DNA of 64,000 nt from contig JAXGQX010000007.1 of NCBI GenBank assembly GCA_040766225.1, positions 10,446-74,445 on the forward strand, given 5' to 3'. Source of the DNA: Bacillota bacterium. GTDB taxonomy: Bacteria; Bacillota; Sulfobacillia; Fermentithermobacillales; Fermentithermobacillaceae. A program made the translations under genes and the position numbers. Under the pieces are notes generated by a model that was not told where the DNA came from, did not search any database, and worked only from the letters and a program-made list of their open reading frames with translations. Positions 10,020 to 19,520 of this stretch are shown here, in pieces; position 1 is the first letter of the stretch, and each line of letters starts with the position of its first letter.

Positions 10020-10568
10020 TCAATCGGGCCTGAATCCGGCTTTCGCCAGACCGTCCCTGAGTTTCTCCTCTGCGGACCACAGAAAGGCGAGTTGCCCCAA
10101 CGGTTTTCCGCCTTCGTCAGTCCTTAGAGAAGCGCTGTCAAAACTGAACCGGCCTTCGGGGCCCCTGTACTCAAAAACTGTCCTAACTTCTGGATTACCG
10201 GCCAAGAACGCTAGGATGGAAGACGCCGGATCCCCCAAAGGCTGCCTATCCACGTGTGACTTGCGAAACAGGACCGTCACATCGGTTCCGCGTCCGACTT
10301 CCGTGTTGATGTGGACTGTCCCGCCAGCCGTTTCCGCCGCTTGGATAGCCATTGGTAAACCTAAGCCCGTTTTCTTGCCAGAAGACGAATAGAATGGATC
10401 TACCGCCAGTCTTGCTTCCTGCTCGCTCATTCCGCATCCATTGTCAGAAACCGTTATTAGAAGGCGGTCCGCGGCCGGGTCGTCCTCTATCTGGACAGAT
10501 ACCCGGGTCGCTTTCGCGTGTGAGGCGTTTTGCATCAGGTCTAGGAGATGCAAAGATAGGTCTATCAT
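10020..10568 (-). CDS. histidine-kinase-like ATPase (HATPase_c only) conserved in HydABC-type hydrogenase operons
   Basis: 'MIDLSLHLLDLMQNASHAKAT...ITVSDNGCGMSEQE...GKKTGLGLPMAIQAAE..GGTV' shows N-, G1- and G2-box-like motifs and no sensor or DHp domain. The probable start is the ATG at 10568, behind GGGGAG. Confidence 0.7.
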   Translation of the reverse strand: MIDLSLHLLDLMQNASHAKATRVSVQIEDDPAADRLLITVSDNGCGMSEQEARLAVDPFYSSSGKKTGLGLPMAIQAAETAGGTVHINTEVGRGTDVTVLFRKSHVDRQPLGDPASSILAFLAGNPEVRTVFEYRGPEGRFSFDSASLRTDEGGKPLGQLAFLWSAEEKLRDGLAKAGFRPD

Positions 10569-10617
10569 TGTCTCCCCACTCCCCCAACGCCGGTTTGAGA
10601 CAACGCACACTCCCCCG

Positions 10618-11148
10618 TTAATCTACCGCTATCTCCTGGACCTTCTCTGAAGATGCTTGAGCCCGATAGGTCCTCAAGAGACCGGGGACCTTATCCCCCG
10701 ACATACGCCCATAGGTGTCCTTGTTCACCGTAATGACCGGCGCCAAACCGCACGCTCCCAAACAACGCACGACCTCCAATGTGAACAGACCGTCGTCGGT
10801 TGAGTCCCCCGCTTTGATGCCGAGCTCTTTCTCCAACCTGGCCAGGACATCAGGAGCTCCCCTAACGTAGCAGGCCGTTCCAAGACAGGCCGAGATAATG
10901 TACTTGCCTCTGGGCCTCTCGCGGAAAATCGAGTAGAACGTTATCACCCCGTACACCTCTGATAACGACACGCCGAGATTCTCCGCGACCTTCTTTTGGA
11001 CGTCTTTGGGCACGTAACCAAGACGTTCCTGAGCGTAGTGCAGCACTTGGATTAGGGCTCCGGGGTCTCCCCGGTTCTCCGCGATAACCCGATCTATGTC
11101 CGCGTAGGCCTCCTGACACTCGCAGACGTGCTGCTTTTCCTCTGACAT
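10618..11148 (-). CDS. hydC: NuoE/HydC-like 2Fe-2S subunit
   Basis: 'ISACLGTACYVRGAPDVLARLEKELGI...LEVVRCLGACGLAPVITVN' is the NuoE 2Fe-2S cysteine pattern. Confidence 0.9.
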   Translation of the reverse strand: MSEEKQHVCECQEAYADIDRVIAENRGDPGALIQVLHYAQERLGYVPKDVQKKVAENLGVSLSEVYGVITFYSIFRERPRGKYIISACLGTACYVRGAPDVLARLEKELGIKAGDSTDDGLFTLEVVRCLGACGLAPVITVNKDTYGRMSGDKVPGLLRTYRAQASSEKVQEIAVD

Positions 11149-11171
11149 GGTATCCCTCCTTCCCCCGTAGT

Positions 11172-11531
11172 CTAGGACAGGTCGCTCGCCTGAACGGCGG
11201 GGCCCATCGCCCCATATATCCGCCCGGTGACGTGGAAAGCGTCATGGGCGGACCATAAAAGAGTCACTCCTTGATCTGCCGCTCTGCGGCAGGTCTCGGG
11301 CAGCAACTCTCGCTGGCAAACCAAAACGCAGGCGACGTCCAGAAGACTCGCGATGGCTATCACGTTTTCGTGAGTCTGGACTGTCACCCACACAAATCCG
11401 GGCTTGGCGTTGGCCATGACGTGGGAGAGAACATCTCCCACAAACCCTCCCCGGATTTCCCGAAGGCTCCCTTCCTTGGTCATCGAGTGAACGGTGACTC
11501 CAAGTTCTTTGACGAGATCCTGTACAAGCAT
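11172..11531 (-). CDS. DRTGG domain-containing protein
   Basis: 119 aa: 'IRGGFVGDVLSHVMANAKPGFVWVTVQTHENVIAIASLLDVACVLVC'. This is the usual small gene between the regulatory and structural genes of such hydrogenase operons. Confidence 0.7.
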   Translation of the reverse strand: MLVQDLVKELGVTVHSMTKEGSLREIRGGFVGDVLSHVMANAKPGFVWVTVQTHENVIAIASLLDVACVLVCQRELLPETCRRAADQGVTLLWSAHDAFHVTGRIYGAMGPAVQASDLS

Positions 11532-11547
11532 ATAGCACCGATCCCTT

Positions 11548-13329
11548 CTAGCTCTTTGAGTCCGGAGGCTCGGCCATAGCGGGAGGCCTCATGGTAGCGA
11601 GTTCCCTTACCTCGTTTGCCAAGGCCTCAAGCCTATCCCGCAGTTTGAAAGTGCAACTCATCAGCGAACTCCTCCCCAAGACCACGTCCTCGGCCAAAGC
11701 CCGGCACGTCGGGGCGCCGCACGCGCCGCAGTCGAGACCCGGTAGTTCAGATTCCACGTGCTCTAGGTCAATCAGCTTCTGTCTCGCCTTCTTGGGATCC
11801 GCGTCGAGGGTGAAAATGGCTCGCGGGTGTAGTTCCAGGCTGAACCATACCTCGGGTTCTCTTTCGCCCATGTCTGAAACTATGGGGTTCTTGGGAGAAT
11901 CCTTATGCTTAACAGCCAGTTCTCGAATCCTCACTCTGGCGATGAACGGGTTTTCGATGTTGAGACAACCTCCAACGCAACCGCCCACGCAGGCCTGAGC
12001 TTCGATAAAATCTACTTGGCCTCTGAGCTTCCCCTTCTCCACTTCCGCCAAGACTGACGCGACCTGATCGACGCCATCCACGGCCAGCCCCTTGACCGAC
12101 TGCCCCAGGGAACTCATTTCTCCTCCCGAACGGCCCCACCCCATGCCCAATCCGGTGGATGTCGCGGGCTCGGAGACGGCGGGAGACGTTCGATCACGGT
12201 GTTCTTGCACCCAGCGGTAGGCGTCGGCGGCAGAGACTTGGGCATCGACCAGGGACGAACCGCGGCCCACGGGCTGCCTGGATGCGGTTATTTTGGCAGG
12301 GCACGGCGATATGAAAACGGCGGTGACTCTGGGAGGCCGGTTTGAGTTCTGCTGCTTTTCCTTGACTAGCCAAGCCGCCACCTCCATCGGGGCTTCGCAT
12401 GGGATTAGGTTCTTTAAGAGCGAAGGGAACTTGACCTGAATGAGCCGCACCACCGCAGGACAAGCGGTGGATATGAAGGGCCCTTCCCCTACATGCTCGG
12501 ATAAATACTCCTTCATGACGGAGGTAACTAGATCTGCCGCTGCCGCCACGTCAAAAACTTCGTCGAACCCTCCCGGGGATACGAGCGCCGCCCTTATCTC
12601 TTCCGGTGTCATGTCCTCAAACTGGCCGTAAAACGAAGGAGGAATCAGGCCGACCCTATAGTCGTATTGGGAAAGATCGTCCCAGGACCCGTTCACAACA
12701 TATTTGGCTTTGTTCGGGCACCGCCTGACACATTCTCCGCAGTCGATGCATCGGTCCTCCAGGATAAACGCCTTCCCCGCCTTACGCGGATGGCTTCCGT
12801 CGGACATCCCTTGATGCAGTTGGTACACCCCTTGCACTTGGCCGTCTCCAACCTCACCGAGTGAAAGAAGGAGATGGATCCGGCATCAAGGGGGCCCGGA
12901 GAAACGACGCATGATACGGTTGTCCCCGATCCGACCTCTGAATCGATGGCGAAATCGTCAGAGGAACGTCTTGCGTTTGGAAGCCCCATGCCCGCCCCGT
13001 ACCCCATTTCCCTTATGTAGTCGGGGGCGGTTGAATAACCGTCTTTCATCGCAAGCGAGATATCGGGTATACCAGGGCCTTCGTCTTTCGCCTCTATGCT
13101 CAATGCCCCGCGACTCCAAGAGACAGACAAGCAGCCCCTATGGGCGTGGATGATGATGTTCATGGAAAGCTCGTAAGCGGCTATCAACGCTCTTCGGGAG
13201 GCGTCGGAGGGAAAACCGATTCCCCGGGAGAGCCCTTTTCAACCGTAGAACTCGTCACCGATTTTGCGGAAGTCTCCCCCTGTTCAGCTCGAATTGGCAC
13301 AACAGACGCCTATCGGGAGGGATCGCCAT
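11548..13329 (-). pseudogene. SpoIIAB-like Ser-kinase/HATPase domain + 2x[4Fe-4S] + [FeFe]-hydrogenase-like (sensory-type) domain; frameshifted as sequenced
   Basis: N-terminus: 'ALIAAYELSMNIIIHA...EAKDEGPGIPDI...GAGMGLPNARR'. Then 'AKCKGCTNCIKGCPTEAIRVR' continues after a break near 12780 as 'GKAFILEDRCIDCGECVRRCP'. H-domain-like motifs are 'STACPAVV', 'ISPCPAKI' and 'EAQACVGGCVGGC'. Further indels lie between 13190 and 13300. The probable start is the ATG at 13329, behind GGGAGG. Confidence 0.7.
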
Positions 13330-13690
13330 CCCGTCGGAACCTCCCACGAATACTCATCTCAGTACAGCATTGTTTGAGAAATGGGAACAGCCGGAGACCA
13401 AGTTGTGATTGTGTGTTCTTGCACTATCGTGCCTATTCTAGCACTAGGGGTTGGATCGCACAACCCGATATGGCTCCTATTGGACTGGCCAATTGGATGA
13501 CATGTGTGGCTTTTTCTTGGGGAATAAAAATAGCCAGACATCTTTCCCGTGGGTGAGCAGGAGGATCTGAGGGGGGCTCGGGACCAAGACATATTTCTGG
13601 TCGCCTTCGACATTCTTTTTGAGCATAATGGACTAGTGAGGACAAGAAACGCGGTCCTTATGACCGTGGGAAAAGAGGAGGCAATAGGAC

Positions 13691-15256
13691 ATGTCCAGCA
13701 TGTTTTGCTTTCAGTGCGAGCAGACGGCGGGAGGAAAGGCGTGCACCGTCTCGGGCGTCTGCGGAAAGAAGCCAGAGGTGGCTAATAGGCAAGACGAACT
13801 GATGGGGGCCTTAGTAGGGCTCGCCAGAGCAGCTAAGGGAAAAACGCCCACCAGACGCGCGAACGAGCTCATGATCGACGGACTGTTTGCCACGATAACC
13901 AACGTCAACTTCGATCCGTCTCGAATTGACGAGTTCATACGCGAAGTGAGAGACGTTAAGGATTCCATGGGCGGCGGCGATGATCTAGACCCGGGTCTCC
14001 TGTGGAAGGGCGACACTGACATTGTGTCCCTTCGTTCGACGCTACTCCTGGGCATGCGAGGGATGGCCGCCTATGCCCATCACGCGGCAGCCTTAGGCAA
14101 GGAAGACCCAGAAGTGACCGATTGGTTCTACAAAGGGATGCGAGCCTTAGGCGAAGAACGGACCACCGAACAGTGGCTGGGCATCCTAATGGAGTTCGGG
14201 CACATAAACCTCAAGTGCATGGCGCTCCTAGACTCCGCCAATACGGAGGCGTTTGGACATCCCGTCCCAACAAGAGTCACCACAAACGTTCAGAAGGGTC
14301 CGTTTATCGTGATAAGCGGCCACGACCTCCTGGACCTGAAACACCTGCTTGAGCAGACCGAAGGCAAGGGAGTCAACGTTTACACCCACGGTGAGATGCT
14401 GCCTGCCCACGGGTATCCGGCACTCAAGGCGTACCCGCACCTTAAGGGCAACTTCGGTACCGCATGGCAGAACCAGCAGAAGGAGTTCGACGGCATTCCG
14501 GCTCCTATCCTTTTCACTACTAACTGCCTAATGCCTCCCCGCCAAAGTTACGCCGACCGTGTGTTCACGACGTCGGTGGTAGGTTACCCTGAGGTAAAGC
14601 ACATTCCTGATGTCGGAGAGGGCCCGAAGGACTTCTCCCCGGTTATCGAAAAAGCGCTCCAGTTGGGCGGTTGGGCCGAAGACAGGCAGTTCACAGGCAT
14701 CAATGGAGGTTCTGCGCTTGTCACCGGTTTCGCTCGAAACACGGTGTTGGGGGCGGCCGATAAGGTCATTCAAGCGGTAAAGGACGGGTCTATCAAGCAC
14801 TTCTTCCTCGTCGGAGGGTGTGATGGCGCCAAACCCGGGAGGAACTACTACACCGAGTTCGTCAAGAAGACGCCGTCGGATACGGTTGTGCTTACTCTGG
14901 CTTGCGGCAAGTTCAGGTTCAACGACCTGGATCTAGGCGAGATCGGAGGACTCCCGCGCCTTATGGACATGGGCCAGTGCAACGACGCGTATTCCGCTAT
15001 CCAGGTGGCACTTTCGCTAGCGGAAGCCTTCGGGTGTGGAGTCAATGAGCTTCCCCTGACCTTGGTGCTGTCGTGGTACGAGCAAAAGGCCGTCTGCATT
15101 CTCCTTACTCTCTTGGCCTTGGGCGTTAAGACCATCTATATTGGACCATCTGTCCCGGCGTTCTTCTCCGGCAATGTGTTGGATGTGTTGGTCAAGGAGT
15201 TCGACCTGAAACCGATCAGCACGCCTGAAGCCGACCTTGCCGAAATCCTCGGCTAG
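13691..15256 (+). CDS. hcp: hydroxylamine reductase / hybrid-cluster protein
   Basis: 'MSSMFCFQCEQTAGGKACT' N-terminal cluster motif. 521 aa, with GAGGAGG 9 nt upstream. Confidence 0.92.
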   Translation: MSSMFCFQCEQTAGGKACTVSGVCGKKPEVANRQDELMGALVGLARAAKGKTPTRRANELMIDGLFATITNVNFDPSRIDEFIREVRDVKDSMGGGDDLDPGLLWKGDTDIVSLRSTLLLGMRGMAAYAHHAAALGKEDPEVTDWFYKGMRALGEERTTEQWLGILMEFGHINLKCMALLDSANTEAFGHPVPTRVTTNVQKGPFIVISGHDLLDLKHLLEQTEGKGVNVYTHGEMLPAHGYPALKAYPHLKGNFGTAWQNQQKEFDGIPAPILFTTNCLMPPRQSYADRVFTTSVVGYPEVKHIPDVGEGPKDFSPVIEKALQLGGWAEDRQFTGINGGSALVTGFARNTVLGAADKVIQAVKDGSIKHFFLVGGCDGAKPGRNYYTEFVKKTPSDTVVLTLACGKFRFNDLDLGEIGGLPRLMDMGQCNDAYSAIQVALSLAEAFGCGVNELPLTLVLSWYEQKAVCILLTLLALGVKTIYIGPSVPAFFSGNVLDVLVKEFDLKPISTPEADLAEILG

Positions 15257-15286
15257 GTAACTCCCAGGACATTCCTTATGACGCAG

Positions 15287-15320
15287 CAGGGCGGGACAAG
15301 CCTGTTCCGCCCTGTTCGCT
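15287..15320 (+). terminator. possible terminator after hcp
   Basis: CAGGGCGGGACA-agcc-TGTTCCGCCCTG hairpin at 15287-15314, followed by a weak T tract (TTCGCTT). Confidence 0.4.
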
Positions 15321-15454
15321 TGCCTCGTCGGCTCCCTATCGATGGCCCCATATGCGGGCGTTCGGCTAGCCCCGGCTACAGACAGTACGGTATACTGTTA
15401 ATAAAGTGTCAAATAACAAGCGTTCTGTTCCATGAAAACCAATGCATCCAATGA

Positions 15455-16963
15455 TTGGGCGTTAAGGAGAGTGACTGTCGTTTGGCCATCCTCGCCACGA
15501 AATTGAAGGAAGTCCTATATGCCGTACTCCCGATTACCCTCATAGTGCTGATACTGCACTTCACCATCGTTCCTCTGGAAAGCGCTATGTTGTGGAAGTT
15601 CCTTCTGGGGGCTACCTTCGTAACGGTCGGGCTCTCCGTGTTCCTTTTCGGGGCCGACATCGGCGTAAGAGAAGTGGGCACCTTGATAGGCTCAACCCTG
15701 GCCAAGACCAACAAGGCTTGGATTGTGGCGACGGCGGGGTTCGGGCTCGGCTTCCTTATCTCAGTGGCCGAGCCGGACTTGCACATTCTTGCAGGACAAG
15801 TCCAGAGCGTTACGTCTGGGGTAGTTTCAAGGTGGGGCCTAGTATATGCGGTGTCTCTGGGCATCGGAGTCATGATCCTGTTTGGACTTCTCAGGATAGT
15901 CTACAACCGTTCCCTTAGGACCCTATTCGCTGTTGTTTACTCGATTATCTTTGTCTTGGGTTTGTTCTCGTCCTCCGAATTCATAGCCATCGCTTTCGAC
16001 GCCTCGGGAGCCACAACAGGGGCGATGACGGTGCCTTTCTTGCTTGCTGTCGGCTTGGGGGTCTCGTCTCTCAAGGGATCGGCCTCGGAAGAGGACAGTT
16101 TCGGGCTTTCCGGAATCGCCTCATCGGGAGCCATAATAGGCGTCCTGCTAATGAGCCTGCTCTCTCCGCCCGCGGCTATGGAAGGTACCCTCCCGACCAA
16201 CGGGCCGGTGACTTCCATACTGGCCGCGTTCGCTCGAAAGCTGCCCATTGTGACGTACGAGGTTCTGTTGGCCTTAGCTCCTCTCCTTTTGATGTTTTAC
16301 ATCTTCCAAAAGACTTCATTCAAACTGTCCAGAAGAGCTTTTACAAAAATCCTTAAGGGCCTATTCTACACTTTCGCAGGGCTCGTGCTGTTCTTGACAG
16401 GCGTAAACGCAGGCTTTATGGAGATAGGGTCTGTGGTAGGTTACGGCGTCGCCTCTCTGGGCAAATGGGGGCCAATTTTGGTCGGGTTCGTGCTCGGCAT
16501 GGTTGTCATCTTAGCAGAGCCCGCGGTCTATGTCCTAAACCGTCAAGCCGAAGATGTCACAAGCGGATACATTAGAGGCAAGATGATAGCATTGACCATG
16601 TCTTTGGGTGTCGCGATAGCCGTATCCCTTGCCATGGTGAAGATCGTAGTGCCGGGCATTCAGCTTTGGCATTTTCTGTTGCCGGGTTATGTAGTCTCCA
16701 TCGCGCTCATGTACTTCGTTCCCAGCCTGTTCGTTGGGATAGCCTTTGATGCAGGCGGGGTCGCTTCCGGGCCGATGACTGCGACGTTCATTTTGGCTTT
16801 TGCCCAGGGAGTGGCCGAAGCCACTCCGGGAGCCAGCGTTTTGAACGACGGGTTCGGCGTTATCGCCATGGTAGCAGTGACGCCGCTTATCACCCTCCAA
16901 GTGCTGGGGCTCATGTTCAAGGTAAAGTCGGCGAAAGGAGGCGTGAAAGGCGTTGACTCTTAA
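15455..16963 (+). CDS. membrane protein with two fused DUF1538 repeats
   Basis: First repeat: 'LKEVLYAVLPITLIVLILHFTIVPLE...ISVAEPDLHILAGQV'. Second repeat: 'GVNAGFMEIGSVVG...VILAEPAVYVLNRQAEDVTSG'. The real start may be the TTG at 15482, 11 nt after AAGGAGAG. Confidence 0.75.
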   Translation: MGVKESDCRLAILATKLKEVLYAVLPITLIVLILHFTIVPLESAMLWKFLLGATFVTVGLSVFLFGADIGVREVGTLIGSTLAKTNKAWIVATAGFGLGFLISVAEPDLHILAGQVQSVTSGVVSRWGLVYAVSLGIGVMILFGLLRIVYNRSLRTLFAVVYSIIFVLGLFSSSEFIAIAFDASGATTGAMTVPFLLAVGLGVSSLKGSASEEDSFGLSGIASSGAIIGVLLMSLLSPPAAMEGTLPTNGPVTSILAAFARKLPIVTYEVLLALAPLLLMFYIFQKTSFKLSRRAFTKILKGLFYTFAGLVLFLTGVNAGFMEIGSVVGYGVASLGKWGPILVGFVLGMVVILAEPAVYVLNRQAEDVTSGYIRGKMIALTMSLGVAIAVSLAMVKIVVPGIQLWHFLLPGYVVSIALMYFVPSLFVGIAFDAGGVASGPMTATFILAFAQGVAEATPGASVLNDGFGVIAMVAVTPLITLQVLGLMFKVKSAKGGVKGVDS

Positions 16964-17618
16964 CACCGCCATATCCAGCCACCAACTGGCAGTGGTAATC
17001 GTGAACTTCGGGACGGGTAGCAAGGTGCTGAGAATCGCCAAAAAAGCCGGGGTTACCGGAGGCACCATATGTCTGGGCAAAGGGACGGTGAATAGCGCCC
17101 TGCTGGACATTTTGGACCTTAACGACATTCGGAAAGAAATCGTCTTGATGATCGCCGACACCGACACTCTCTGGCGAGCTCTGGAAGCCATCGCTCTAGA
17201 ACTGCGCCTGGATAAACCCAATCACGGGATAGCTTTCTCTACAAACGTGGCCGGATTAGTGGGAACCCACGGCGAGTCCAGTGTCAGAAAGGAGTACAGG
17301 GCCATGGAAGGCGGCACGTATGACGCCATTTTCGTAGTGGTGGACAGAGGAAAAGGCGAGGACGTGGTCGATGCTGCCCGCTTGGCGGGATCTAAGGGAG
17401 CGACGATCATCAACGCCAGGGGCTCGGGAAGCCATGAAAAGCAAACGTTCTTTTCCATGGTTATAGAACCCGAGAAGGAAATCGTGATGATACTCGCCGA
17501 GAAGAAACTCACCGGCCCTATCGTGAAGACGATCAGGGAAAGCCTGAAGATCGATGAACCGGGCCGCGGGATCATGTTCATCCTGGAAGTAAGCAAGACG
17601 TACGGGTTGTACCGTTGA
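16953..17618 (+). CDS. tandem P-II-like signal-transduction protein
   Basis: Two about-100-aa halves: 'LAVVIVNFGTGSKVLRIAKKAGVTGGTICLGKGT' and 'AIFVVVDRGKGEDVVDAARLAGSKGATIINARGSG'. The start overlaps the DUF1538 gene by 11 nt. Confidence 0.7.
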   Translation: MTLNTAISSHQLAVVIVNFGTGSKVLRIAKKAGVTGGTICLGKGTVNSALLDILDLNDIRKEIVLMIADTDTLWRALEAIALELRLDKPNHGIAFSTNVAGLVGTHGESSVRKEYRAMEGGTYDAIFVVVDRGKGEDVVDAARLAGSKGATIINARGSGSHEKQTFFSMVIEPEKEIVMILAEKKLTGPIVKTIRESLKIDEPGRGIMFILEVSKTYGLYR

Positions 17619-17873
17619 TGGTCGAGAGCCCAACAGGGGCGCCTTGTTGTACGGTAACTGCCCGGCATTCCTTGCAGCCCATTTCGGGACAAAATTCGCC
17701 CATTCGTCACTGGATGGGCGAGTTCCTTGCTCCACCTGCGTTTGCCTGGGATGGATCTCTCTTGTCACCGGAAACCATCTGTTCAAAGGGCAACTACGGC
17801 GTTATGCTGGACTAGGAGGATTGTGAAGGCATAGACTTGGCTGACTGCGGGCGACACACCCGGGGGTGAGCAG

Positions 17874-19512
17874 ATGAAGGAACTAGTATTCGGACTAATC
17901 GGCGGTACCGCGCTCCTCATGTACGGTGTAGACAAGATGGGAGACGGCCTGGAGAAGGCTTCAGGCGAGATGATGCGCAAGATCCTTTCCGTGCTCACGG
18001 GGAAGGTCTGGAGCGCGTTTCTTGTAGGAACGTTTCTCACCGCTTTGGTGCAAAGCAGCACGGCCATAACGGTCTTGACCGTGGGTTTCGTTAACGCGGG
18101 ACTAATGAAGCTTCCTCAAGCGATCGGCATCATCTACGGCGCAAACATAGGCACGACCATCACCGCTCAACTAATGGCTTTCAGTTTCCACTTCAAACTC
18201 ACGGATATCGCCCTCCCCGTCTTAGGCATCGGATTCGCTATCGGCCTTCTCTCCAAGAACAAGACCGTAAAGAACGTTGGCGACGCGATCATGGGGTTTG
18301 GGATGATGTTCCTAGGCCTAAAGATACTGAACTCGGGCGTTCCCTTCATGCAGACCGACCCCACCTTGCGATCCTTCTTCCTCAACTACGCCTCCATCCC
18401 GATCGTTGCCATACTGCTGGGCATTGTCGCGACGGCGGCGGTTCATAGCAGCGCTGCTACCGTCGGCCTGGTTATGGTGCTTGGGCAGGCCGGCCTCCTG
18501 ATCTGGGCGCGGCCATATGCATCATGTTCCGGAGACAACATAGGCACGTGTATCACGGCTCGGTTGGCCAGCGTTCAGGGTAATAGCCACGCCAGAAGGA
18601 CGGCGTGGGCCCATACTCTGTACAACATCATAGGGGTTCTCATGGCGTGGCTCCTTCTCCCGTGGTTTGTGGACCTCGTCTCCCTTGCGACCGACTACTT
18701 CCAACCCGGCGGCGGTATCGCCGCCCAGATCGCGAACTCGCACACGCTCTTCAACGTCTTTTCGGCGGTAGTTTTCCTACCGATGACCAAATACTACGTT
18801 AGGTTCCTAGAGACAGTCATTCGAGGCCGAGAGGAAGACCGTGAAGTGGACCCCGTCTTCACCGACAGACTGCTTTTGGATGCTCCAATTGCGGCTATGA
18901 AAACACCATCGCGGAGACCTCCCGTACCGCCGGTATCGCCAGGAGGATGTTTGATGGCGTGATGCAGGGTTTTACCATAACGATATGGGTAGGCTGGAAA
19001 AAGCGGAAAGAAACGAAGAGACACTGAACGACCTCCAAAAGCAGATAACCCAGTACATCATCGAGTTATCAAAGAGGCCCCTAACCCACAAAGAGTCCGA
19101 GATGGTGCCCACGCTCATTTCCGGCATTAACAACGTGGAACGAATCGGTGACCATTCGCTTAGTCTGGCGCAGCTCGCACGCGAGAAGATGGAGAAGAAC
19201 TTGGTCTTTAGCGCCGAAGCTGTCGACGATCTGCGCGAAATAGAAAGCATCATTTTCTCAATGTTCGACTACACGGTGATTGCGCTGGACACAGGCGACA
19301 AGGAAGCCATCTCCAAGGTCGTGAACATGGAGTCTCAAATGGACGACCTCTCCAAACGAGTTCAGGAGGGTCATGCGAAGCGTCTGGAAGAAGGCAGATG
19401 CACTGTTGAGTCAGGCCTGATATTCCTAGATGTGATCAACTACCTGGAGAGGATAGCCGATCACATCTTCAAGGTGTGCGTAGCCCTCGGGGGACTCATA
19501 GCGAACTCATAA
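17874..19512 (+). pseudogene. Na/Pi-cotransporter family protein with C-terminal PhoU-like domain; frameshifted as sequenced
   Basis: 'GGTALLMYGVDKMGDGLE...ALVQSSTAITVLTVGFV' and 'GDNIGTCITA' are NptA repeats. 'NNVERIGDH' and 'YLERIADHIF' are PhoU-like. A compensated indel pair at about 18500 and 18530 turns 'LLDLGAAICIMFGDN' into 'LLIWARPYASCSGDN'. Further breaks lie near 18900 and 18985. Confidence 0.8.
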
Positions 19513-19520
19513 CGGATTGC

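Noticed and set aside
13415-13437. Sigma-54-like promoter on the minus strand upstream of the hydrogenase sensor gene (AGGCACGATAGTGCA); attractive because rpoN is in the window.
   Set aside because: The GG-to-GC spacing is one nucleotide short of the TGGCAC-N5-TTGC consensus, and the -24 element has A instead of T. No enhancer-binding protein gene is nearby. It is worth rechecking only if an indel is found here.
13582-13602. Inverted repeat GACCA-N11-TGGTC upstream of hcp, considered as a possible HcpR/CRP-family site.
   Set aside because: The arms are only 5 bp, and the sequence does not match the TGTGA-N6-TCACA or GTAAC-N4-GTTAC type motifs I recall for HcpR. By itself it is not distinguishable from chance.
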